DNA of 44,019 nucleotides from Candidatus Omnitrophota bacterium (lineage in GTDB: Bacteria > Omnitrophota > Gorgyraeia > 1-14-0-20-64-10), in the NCBI GenBank assembly GCA_023248095.1, contig JAHFFF010000001.1, positions 1 to 44,019 on the forward strand, in the 5' to 3' direction. This document shows positions 25,749-32,657 of the stretch, piece after piece; the stretch's first letter is position 1, and every line of letters begins with the position of its first letter. The notes under the pieces are model-generated. The model ran no database searches, was not told where the DNA came from, and worked only from the letters and a program-made list of their open reading frames with translations. The translations under genes were made by a program, and so were the position numbers.

Positions 25749-26873
25749 TCAAACTGTGAGACACAGTTCAAGGAGGAACTGGCCCCCGACCCTTCCCGCC
25801 GCTCCCGGGTGGTAAACCGATTGAGTGCGTTCCTCAAGGATTCGGTCCCGATAGGCGCTTTGATTCTCCAGCAGGTCGCGGACCTCGCTGCCCATTTGAC
25901 CGCTTCTCTCCACAAGGACGGTTTTCCCGATCCGGTCCCGAAGGCGAACCTCCAGGGGGATGATCCCAAGCTCCTCATAGCGAGGGTTGTGGACCTTACG
26001 CGGCACCTCCATAAACAGGACTGGCCTTTCGGTCCCGAAGGCGTATTCCAAGGCGATGCCTGACCAGTCGGTGATCAGGACATCGGATTCGAGAAGGGTT
26101 TGATCCGTCAGCGGTCCGAAATCCCACTTGACCTTGGAATCCTCAGGCCATTTCTGCCTGAGTTGGGCCAACCTCTTGGGATAACGCTTGACCCACTCCG
26201 GGTGGGGCCGAATGACCACGGTAAAATCATCCTTCACCAGGGCGCGGACCACTTCGGAGACACAGGATTCCAGGATGTTGTCCGCCCCCCAGGAGGGGGC
26301 GATGAGAACCCTCCTACCAGCTGGGGCCAAGGAGTCCGATCGCATCTGAAGAAGGCGGTCTAGGGAGGGATAGCCGACCTCCAGGAGCTGCTTGGCAGGG
26401 GTCTGATAGAGCTGCTCGGAACGGCGCAGTTCCGACAGGTGGTGAGGGCCGACGCAGAAGATGACGTCGTAGTGATCGAACGCTCCGAAGCGATAAATCA
26501 TGTGTGTGCTGACCATGGCGTGGAAAATGTAGACGTGCCGGGTACCCCAGACCGATCGGCGGATACTGTAGCGATTCAAATCCGGCAGGGTCATCACGAG
26601 AACCTTCGCATCCAAAAAGAGGATGACGAAGGGGAGCAGGTGTTTGAAGTAGAAACTCCTCAGGCGATCGGGTGCCTGCGAAAGGATGGGGTCGTCCGGC
26701 TCCGAGGTGATGTAGCAAATCGTCAAAGAGGGCTGCCTCAAGAGCTCGCGGATGAATCCCTCGAAATAGGGGAGGTAGCCCCTGCCCTCCGTATAAAAGA
26801 CGATCTGTCTTTCTTCTTTGCGCAGGCCAACGAAGCGTTTCAGATCAACGCATTCGCGAAGAAAGGAGCGCAT
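25749..26873 (-). CDS. TagB/TagF-family CDP-alcohol phosphotransferase (Glyphos_transf-like)
   Basis: Start set to ATG 26873 (MRSFLRE...), 13 nt after the upstream small-ORF stop. VLIAPSWG, VVIRPHP and VLITDWSGIALEYAF correspond to the TagF YAPTWR / HP / LITDYSS blocks. Confidence 0.75.
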   Translation of the reverse strand: MRSFLRECVDLKRFVGLRKEERQIVFYTEGRGYLPYFEGFIRELLRQPSLTICYITSEPDDPILSQAPDRLRSFYFKHLLPFVILFLDAKVLVMTLPDLNRYSIRRSVWGTRHVYIFHAMVSTHMIYRFGAFDHYDVIFCVGPHHLSELRRSEQLYQTPAKQLLEVGYPSLDRLLQMRSDSLAPAGRRVLIAPSWGADNILESCVSEVVRALVKDDFTVVIRPHPEWVKRYPKRLAQLRQKWPEDSKVKWDFGPLTDQTLLESDVLITDWSGIALEYAFGTERPVLFMEVPRKVHNPRYEELGIIPLEVRLRDRIGKTVLVERSGQMGSEVRDLLENQSAYRDRILEERTQSVYHPGAAGRVGGQFLLELCLTV

Positions 26874-26886
26874 CCTCCCGCACTCT

Positions 26887-27030
26887 CTACTTCTTTCGAG
26901 TCCAAAAGGATTTAATCGAGTACAAGATCGATCGGATTCCGATGAAGATCGACCCAATCCCGACAACGATCAGCTGAATGAGAAGACCGCCCGTTCCTGG
27001 GTTCATGTAGGCCAGTGGCATCTGGATCAT
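26887..27030 (-). CDS. Small single-TM peptide (47 aa), function unknown
   Basis: MIQMPLAYMNPGTGGLLIQLIVVGIGSIFIGIRSILYSIKSFWTRKK. GGAGG (27038-27042) lies 7 nt upstream of ATG 27030, and the ORF sits between two tightly packed genes. It has a hydrophobic core and a basic C-terminus. Confidence 0.45.
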   Translation of the reverse strand: MIQMPLAYMNPGTGGLLIQLIVVGIGSIFIGIRSILYSIKSFWTRKK

Positions 27031-27037
27031 GGTTTTT

Positions 27038-27042
27038 CCTCC
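27038..27042 (-). promoter_or_regulatory. Shine-Dalgarno GGAGG for the 47-aa small ORF
   Basis: Plus-strand CCTCC at 27038-27042, 7 nt upstream of ATG 27030. It overlaps the HAD gene stop codon. Confidence 0.5.
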
Positions 27043-27713
27043 TAGGGTTGAATCCAAAAGGCATAATCTGGAATCCAAAACAACGATTTCTTGCCGGAGT
27101 TATTGGCGGCGTCCCCGATGCCGATGAACTGGCAACCGGCTTGCTCCGCAGCCTGGGCATCCTCCTCCTGATCGCCGAAGAAGATCAGCTCCTCCTTTGA
27201 AAGCAGGAATTCGGAGCGAAGGCCCTGCAGCCATTGGGCCTTATGGACGGGGGCCCCTTGGATGAAGCGGAAATAAGCGGCCCATCCCCGCTGGGTTAAG
27301 ATCTGCGTGAGGACCTCCTGGGGAGTGGAGGAAAGCAGCCCGATGCAATGAGTCCGAGAAACGGAACGAAGGAATTCTTCGGCATAGGGGATCCCGGATG
27401 CGGCAACAATCTTCTGCGTCGTAGCAGCCTCGAAACGATTGTGAAGCTCCTGCTCGACCTGCGGGGTCAGGGGGCGTTCGAGGATTCGATCATAGACGTA
27501 CCGAAACTTCTCCCGTCGAGGTGTGTGATGGTTCGCCCAGCAGTAAGCGAGGATTTCCTGTTTGCGCTCCGGGAAGTTGGCGAAACACACCTCGAAGGCC
27601 GCTCGCTTGATGGAGTTGGAATCCACCAGGGTTCCGTCAAAGTCGAAGATCAGTGCGCGGGCAGCTTGAACCAGTTCCCGTACCGTTGTTTGCTCAGCGG
27701 GACCAGATTTCAT
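27042..27713 (-). CDS. HAD-superfamily phosphatase (PGP/beta-PGM-like subfamily)
   Basis: LIFDFDGTLVDSN (motif I, DxDGT), ...GLLSSTP... (motif II), ...FFGDQEEDAQAA (motif IV). Confidence 0.8.
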   Translation of the reverse strand: MKSGPAEQTTVRELVQAARALIFDFDGTLVDSNSIKRAAFEVCFANFPERKQEILAYCWANHHTPRREKFRYVYDRILERPLTPQVEQELHNRFEAATTQKIVAASGIPYAEEFLRSVSRTHCIGLLSSTPQEVLTQILTQRGWAAYFRFIQGAPVHKAQWLQGLRSEFLLSKEELIFFGDQEEDAQAAEQAGCQFIGIGDAANNSGKKSLFWIPDYAFWIQP

Positions 27714-28452
27714 TCGACTTCCTACCCGTGGGATCTGCCCAGACTCGCCGGAGCCCCGCCTGCTCTAACAACAACGCGCATCGCCGCCGGAGCTCGGGTT
27801 GGGATAATTCAAGGATCAAGGAGCGGAGGGTGGCCGACCGCAAGGTTTCCGAAGCCCCTTCCAGAATGGCCGGCTCGGTTCCATCCACATCGATCTTCAA
27901 ACAATTCGGAAGGCGCTGCGTCTCGTGGCAGAACCGGTCCAGCGTGGTGACGGCAATCCCTTCCCGGCCGATGACCGCAGCCTTATGAGCCGTCTGGAGG
28001 AGGGAGGTGGGAGATTCCGTATGCAGAGCCGCTCCCGGAGTCCAATCTTGGATGTGCAGTCGGCTCAAGCCCACCCGGTTCCCGAGGGCCACGGAATAAA
28101 CCTCTACCCGATCCTGGAGGGCGTTGTGCAACAGGTTCTGTCGGAGGAGAAAGAGATTGGAATATTCCGGTTCAAAGGCAATCACCTGAGCCCTCGGGTG
28201 ACGCAGGGCCGCATAGATGGAATAGGAGCCGATGTTGGCGCCGATGTCGAAAAAGAGGTCTTCCGCCTGCACCCAACGGTCGATCCAGTCGAGAGTCTCC
28301 GGCTCCTTTACATTGTAGGTACGCCAACGGTAGTACGTCACGGGATTGTCCGATTGAAGGGTGAAGGTCAGGCCGCGGGCGAAAACCTTCCGCCGGGGAG
28401 CGAAGGCCGACAGGGCGGCCCAGCGTAGGCGCGACAAACGGTTCCTAACCAC
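27694..28452 (-). CDS. FkbM-family methyltransferase
   Basis: FFDIGANIGSYSIYAA is the FkbM signature. The track ORF (to 28881) has a 143-aa N-terminal extension that fully overlaps the upstream aldolase. In-frame GTG 28452 gives a 252-aa protein overlapping the aldolase stop by 8 nt. Confidence 0.65.
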   Translation of the reverse strand: MVRNRLSRLRWAALSAFAPRRKVFARGLTFTLQSDNPVTYYRWRTYNVKEPETLDWIDRWVQAEDLFFDIGANIGSYSIYAALRHPRAQVIAFEPEYSNLFLLRQNLLHNALQDRVEVYSVALGNRVGLSRLHIQDWTPGAALHTESPTSLLQTAHKAAVIGREGIAVTTLDRFCHETQRLPNCLKIDVDGTEPAILEGASETLRSATLRSLILELSQPELRRRCALLLEQAGLRRVWADPTGRKSNEIWSR

Positions 28453-29248
28453 GACGGGGCCCCCGGGTAAATCCCCGCATGCGCTGGGCCCACTTCCAGA
28501 GGGTGAACACGTCCGAACCCAGCACGATAAACGTATAGCCAGCCCGGAAGGCGGCTCGAACCTGGGTGGCCGTTGGGTCAACCAATTGCGTCCCGCATGC
28601 CTTTCCCCGAGCGCGACAGACTCGGCTGACCGCGCGACAGGCACTCTGCACCAAGGGATGGGAAAGTTGTCCGGGGATGCCGAGGCTCCCCGAGAGGTCG
28701 TAGGGGCCGACCATGGCCCCGTCGACCGCCGGGTGGGAAACCAGCGCCTCCACTGCCTCAACGCCCTCTTGGGATTCAATCTGTATAAGGAAGATAGACC
28801 GGCGGTTCCAACCCGACACGTATCGGTCGAAATCAAACCCATAGCCCTGCGCTCGAGCCACCCCATAGGAGCGCTTTCCAACCGGTGGATAAAGGAGGCT
28901 GTTCGCGATCTCTTCTACCTGAGCGATGTGGGTGACATTCGGAACGATGATCCCGTCGGCACCCGAGTCCAGGAGCCGGCGGATGGGGGAACCGTCATGG
29001 GAAGGCAGGCGGGGAAGGCACGGGACGCCGTGGGACTGAGAAGCGGCGATGATCCTCTGTGCCTGCTCCTGGTTGATCGTGCTGTGTTCCAGGTCGATCC
29101 CGATGAAGTCAACCTCCATGCCGGTCAATATCTCCGTGATGGAGGGATGGGCCAAGGAGGTCCATCCGGCAAAGAGCGGCTTTCGTTGCCGAAGCTTCCT
29201 TTTTAGTTGTGCGGCTGCAGTGTCGATGGAAGCAGTGGTTGGGTCCAT
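28445..29248 (-). CDS. HpcH/HpaI-family class II (pyruvate-dependent) aldolase
   Basis: FAGWTSLAHPSITEILTGMEVDFIGIDLEHS...LLDSGADGIIVPNV...IQIESQEGVEAVE...VDGAMVGPYDLS: family-typical TIM-barrel motifs including the metal-binding E/D positions. Confidence 0.75.
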   Translation of the reverse strand: MDPTTASIDTAAAQLKRKLRQRKPLFAGWTSLAHPSITEILTGMEVDFIGIDLEHSTINQEQAQRIIAASQSHGVPCLPRLPSHDGSPIRRLLDSGADGIIVPNVTHIAQVEEIANSLLYPPVGKRSYGVARAQGYGFDFDRYVSGWNRRSIFLIQIESQEGVEAVEALVSHPAVDGAMVGPYDLSGSLGIPGQLSHPLVQSACRAVSRVCRARGKACGTQLVDPTATQVRAAFRAGYTFIVLGSDVFTLWKWAQRMRGFTRGPRRG

Positions 29249-30432
29249 GGATCCTCTTTGGTCTCCTCTGCAGGGAGGCCCTTCAGGAAGGCCTCCAGGC
29301 GATCCGTTGCCTTCTCCCAGGTGTACCGGCGAGCCGTCGCAACCCCGTTGTCGCGCAGCGTGTCTCGCAACCTGACATCGGAGATCAGCCGCCGCACGTT
29401 GTGGACCATCCCATCGATGTCGACCGGGGAGCAGACCATGCAGTTCTGCTCGTGAAGCGCATATTCATCCACCCCAGAAACCAGCGTGGTCGCCACGGCG
29501 CAACCGGACGCCATGGCCTCCAAGGGGATTGCGGGAAATCCCTCGTACTGGCTCGGAAAGACCAGGATGTCGGTTTGCCGGTACATCCGTGGATAATCCT
29601 CCCCCGTCAGGTACCCGTAGTGGAAATCAAAGAGAGCTCGGTGTTCCGGTTTGACCCCGTTTCCCACCGTGCAATAGAGAACCTTCCCGTTCAAGGGAAG
29701 TTCTCGAAGCCGGCGGATCACCGCGCAGCCGAAATCCTGCCCCTTCTGCGGATGGTCCTGAACGAATAGGGTGACCCGCAGCGGCTGAGGGTTACCCCGG
29801 CGTCCACTGTCAGTGAACTCCTCGGTGTTCACCCCATTCGGGATTACGACCCCTACCGGTATTCCCAGGCCGTTTGCGGACTCCTTCGCCCGCCGGCTGA
29901 CGGCGAACAGCGGAACAGGAAACCTTCGATAGAAGGAGACGCAAAACTCCCGCCAGCTTGCGATCTCCTGCGCAGGCTCCGCCGTGCCTGCCTGGTAGTC
30001 TAATCGGATGCTGCTGACAACCTTCCCCTTTCGGGGTGTAAGAAGTGCGAGATGGCCCAGGAGATAGCATTGGAGGGCCACCACCACATCGGCATCGGGC
30101 ATGTTCCCTTCCGTCGGAACCGCCAGGTAACGGTGGATCCGGACGCGGGGATCCAGCTTGTGCCCGGTCTTGGCGAACCAGGGCCGGCAGATCAGGAGCG
30201 CCCTCATGTACGGGATGACCAGCCAGTGCAGGAATCGATTCGTGCGCCGCAGGGCATCCACCCTCTGCTGGGAATCCCTCCGGAGTTTCCAGCAGACAAA
30301 GTCGAAGAAGTCAAACCGGGGGACCGAAACGATGATCGTATGTCCTCTCCGAACGAGCCGATTGGCGTATTCCACGGTGACTCGGGTCTGGCTGCTGGAG
30401 TTGTTGGCTGCCAGGATGAAGTGGATCCTCAT
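29203..30432 (-). CDS. GT4 (group 1) glycosyltransferase
   Basis: ATG 30432 (MRIHFILAANN...) makes an ATGA overlap with the upstream stop; the track start at 30438 is TTG. The C-terminal ...ILVFPSQYEGFPAIPLEAMASGCAVATT... is the GT4 E-x7-E region. Confidence 0.85.
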   Translation of the reverse strand: MRIHFILAANNSSSQTRVTVEYANRLVRRGHTIIVSVPRFDFFDFVCWKLRRDSQQRVDALRRTNRFLHWLVIPYMRALLICRPWFAKTGHKLDPRVRIHRYLAVPTEGNMPDADVVVALQCYLLGHLALLTPRKGKVVSSIRLDYQAGTAEPAQEIASWREFCVSFYRRFPVPLFAVSRRAKESANGLGIPVGVVIPNGVNTEEFTDSGRRGNPQPLRVTLFVQDHPQKGQDFGCAVIRRLRELPLNGKVLYCTVGNGVKPEHRALFDFHYGYLTGEDYPRMYRQTDILVFPSQYEGFPAIPLEAMASGCAVATTLVSGVDEYALHEQNCMVCSPVDIDGMVHNVRRLISDVRLRDTLRDNGVATARRYTWEKATDRLEAFLKGLPAEETKEDPWTQPLLPSTLQPHN

Positions 30433-31298
30433 CGCCAACGGAGCATCCCTAGCAGGCGGTGAAGGATCCGCTCACCGATGGGGTGGTGCGCCGACCTCTC
30501 TTCCCGGTCGATCACTTGAACGCGCTGACGATGGTCCGACTCCAGAAAGACCCCTACGGCGGTCTCGGCGGTACCGGTTTCCGGCAGGTAGCATTCCTTC
30601 GGCAGGAAGCGGTTCCCTACCCCCCCTAACACCATGTGGTTTCGGTAGAGGATCACCTCACAGTCGGGGATCCGCCGCCGGATTTGGTCGATCAATTCCT
30701 CGATGTTAAAGACGATGTACGGCATCCAGCCCCGGTAGTGGTACTGGCAGGAGCTCTCGGGATCTAGAACGGTAGGCCCCCTATCCCGGGTGCGGGTCCG
30801 AAGGACTAGAAGGCGCAGGCTGACCCCTAGCAACTGAGCCAGGAAACTGAAGGGATCCGTCTGATGATGAAGAACGTCCTTCGTGTAGACGATCTCCCAT
30901 CGTGTGGGGAGGCGCTGGCGGCCCAAGTTCTCTTCAAGGCTCATCGCCGGATCCGATGCGAAGAAGTGCCCCGCCGGATATTTTTGGCGAGCCCGCTCCA
31001 GCGCGGCAAGGGAGATGTCGATCCCCGTGTAGCTCGGCCGGGGATGTTTCAATCGCATGTAACGGTAGAACTCGCCGGTGGCACAGCCAACCTCCAGGAG
31101 ATGGGTCGGCCGGCTCCTGACCAGATAGTCATTGAGTAAACGAACGTCGTTGAAGGACTCGTAGTTTCGGACGAGCATGCGATTGAGCAACGAGGAGCGG
31201 CCGTCAAAGTGACTCGCGTGCTCGTCATTCTGCCAGTCGGAATACCACCTTTCTTTCCCGGCCGCAGCCGGATCGGTACCAACCGTGAGGGATCTCAA
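30429..31298 (-). CDS. Class I SAM-dependent methyltransferase
   Basis: HLLEVGCATGEFYRYM motif I; TGIDISLAALERAR. TTG start at 31298 with AGGAG 7 nt upstream, overlapping the previous stop. Confidence 0.75.
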   Translation of the reverse strand: MRSLTVGTDPAAAGKERWYSDWQNDEHASHFDGRSSLLNRMLVRNYESFNDVRLLNDYLVRSRPTHLLEVGCATGEFYRYMRLKHPRPSYTGIDISLAALERARQKYPAGHFFASDPAMSLEENLGRQRLPTRWEIVYTKDVLHHQTDPFSFLAQLLGVSLRLLVLRTRTRDRGPTVLDPESSCQYHYRGWMPYIVFNIEELIDQIRRRIPDCEVILYRNHMVLGGVGNRFLPKECYLPETGTAETAVGVFLESDHRQRVQVIDREERSAHHPIGERILHRLLGMLRWR

Positions 31299-31308
31299 CA
31301 GGGGTCTC

Positions 31309-32028
31309 CTAGGTCTTCATCCGAAGCCTCGGCCCCGACAGCCGCGCGCCGTCACGGAGGAACATCTGGACCGTCTCCTTGCTGTAGGGATGCACCAGCA
31401 TTCCCTCTAATAACTCAGGCAGCGCCGTGACGATATCGGCGCCTGCTTCAAACCATTGGATGATGTTGAGCACCTCGCGGGTCGACCCTACGATGATCTT
31501 CGCCGAGCTTCCGAAGCTGTCCAGAAGCTGACGGAGGCGACGGATCTCACCGACCGAATCATAGCCCATGTTGTTCACCCGGCCACCGAACAGGGAAACG
31601 TACGTGGCTCCGGCCATGGCCGCCAGGAGGCACTGCTGCGCGCTCATCATGGCGGTGACGTTGACGCGGATGTCGTGGCTGGCCTCCAGCTCGTGAACGA
31701 TCCGCAGATTCTCCGTGCCGCCTTCCGGGCCATGAATCGGAATCTTGACGTTCACGTTCTTTCCCCAACCTGCAAACATCTGCGCCTGCTCGATCATCTC
31801 TCGTGGGTCATTGGAAATGACCTCCAAAGAGACTGGCAGCGGATCGATCAGTTGCAGGATCTCCCTGCAGTGCTTCTCGATGCCCGACCAGCCTCCACCC
31901 ACCCCGTCTTTGACCAGGATCGTCGGATTGGTCGTGACCCCCCGAACGATTCCCAGGGTGTGGTACTTCTGAATCTCATCGAGCTTCCCGGTGTCCAGGA
32001 AGATGCCCGTCAGATTTCCAATGTTCAT
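31309..32028 (-). CDS. Transaldolase-family protein, TalC/fructose-6-phosphate-aldolase-like (short form)
   Basis: Start ATG 32028 (MNIGNLTGIFLDTG...), an ATGA overlap. GVTTNPTIL and NVNVKIP (Schiff-base Lys context); about 239 aa, the size of FSA/TalC. Confidence 0.75.
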   Translation of the reverse strand: MNIGNLTGIFLDTGKLDEIQKYHTLGIVRGVTTNPTILVKDGVGGGWSGIEKHCREILQLIDPLPVSLEVISNDPREMIEQAQMFAGWGKNVNVKIPIHGPEGGTENLRIVHELEASHDIRVNVTAMMSAQQCLLAAMAGATYVSLFGGRVNNMGYDSVGEIRRLRQLLDSFGSSAKIIVGSTREVLNIIQWFEAGADIVTALPELLEGMLVHPYSKETVQMFLRDGARLSGPRLRMKT

Positions 32029-32657
32029 CGCTGCGCTCCTTGTGCCTCTGTTGTCATCTCCCACTTGTTGGCCCGCAGCATGAGCCGCGGATCGCATACC
32101 AGGGCATGCCAGACCACTGCCTGAAAGGCTTCTGTGTGGGGCGTCACATGATCGGCATTGGCCGTCGGGATCACCAACACCAGATCCCCCGCCCTCTTGG
32201 TGTAACCTCCGTCTCGACCTACGATCCCCAGCACGTCCGCTCCCCTGCGCTTAGCCTCGTCCACCGCCGCGATGAGATTGACGCTGATATTCTTCTCGCG
32301 ATCCCCGCCCCCCACGGACATGACCAGCACGACGTCCCGCCGGGAAAGCCGGCTGACCTTGAGCCACTCAGCGAAGACCGTCTCCCAACCCTCATCGTTG
32401 ATCCGGGCCGTTAACTCCGCGACGTTGTCCACAGGCGTATAGGCTTCCAAACCGTTGAGTTTCCGGAAATCGTTCACCGCATGACTGCAATTGCCCGCAC
32501 TGCCTCCGACACCCAGCAGGAAGAGTCGCCCCCCCTCCTCCCGAAGGCGGGCCAAGCGCTCGACCATCCGATCGAGTGTTTCCAGATCGATGGAGGCCGC
32601 GATCTGCGCCGCCTCCCGAAAATAGGCACCCAGCAACTCTTTGTAGGATCCTTTCAT
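32025..32657 (-). CDS. SIS-domain sugar-phosphate isomerase (GmhA/phosphoheptose isomerase-like)
   Basis: Start ATG 32657 (MKGSYKELL...), an ATGA overlap. LFLLGVGGSAGNCSHAVNDF..., VVLVMSVGGG and ...GADVLGIVGRDGG are GmhA-type SIS motifs. Confidence 0.75.
   Translation of the reverse strand: MKGSYKELLGAYFREAAQIAASIDLETLDRMVERLARLREEGGRLFLLGVGGSAGNCSHAVNDFRKLNGLEAYTPVDNVAELTARINDEGWETVFAEWLKVSRLSRRDVVLVMSVGGGDREKNISVNLIAAVDEAKRRGADVLGIVGRDGGYTKRAGDLVLVIPTANADHVTPHTEAFQAVVWHALVCDPRLMLRANKWEMTTEAQGAQR

Noticed and set aside
27042-27713. HAD hydrolase considered as phosphonoacetaldehyde hydrolase (PhnX, phosphonatase)
   Set aside because: Motif I reads DFDGTLVDS, as in generic phosphatases, rather than the DWAGT context I recall for PhnX. 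A catabolic C-P hydrolase would also make little sense inside a biosynthetic operon. I kept the generic phosphatase call.
28453-28881. 143-aa N-terminal extension of the FkbM methyltransferase ORF, and similar extensions at 6055..6288, 5316..5462, 33626..33775, 42034..42240, 8105..8257 and 16738..16812
   Set aside because: The extensions overlap the 3' ends of well-supported upstream genes in another frame and have low-complexity composition. Internal starts give ATGA or short overlaps, or good Shine-Dalgarno spacing.
28445-29248. HpcH/HpaI aldolase considered as a direct functional replacement for phosphonopyruvate decarboxylase
   Set aside because: The known secondary decarboxylase activity of this family removes the beta-carboxylate of oxaloacetate. 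The equivalent reaction on phosphonopyruvate would cleave the C-P bond rather than yield phosphonoacetaldehyde. Only an aldol-capture role is kept as a hypothesis.
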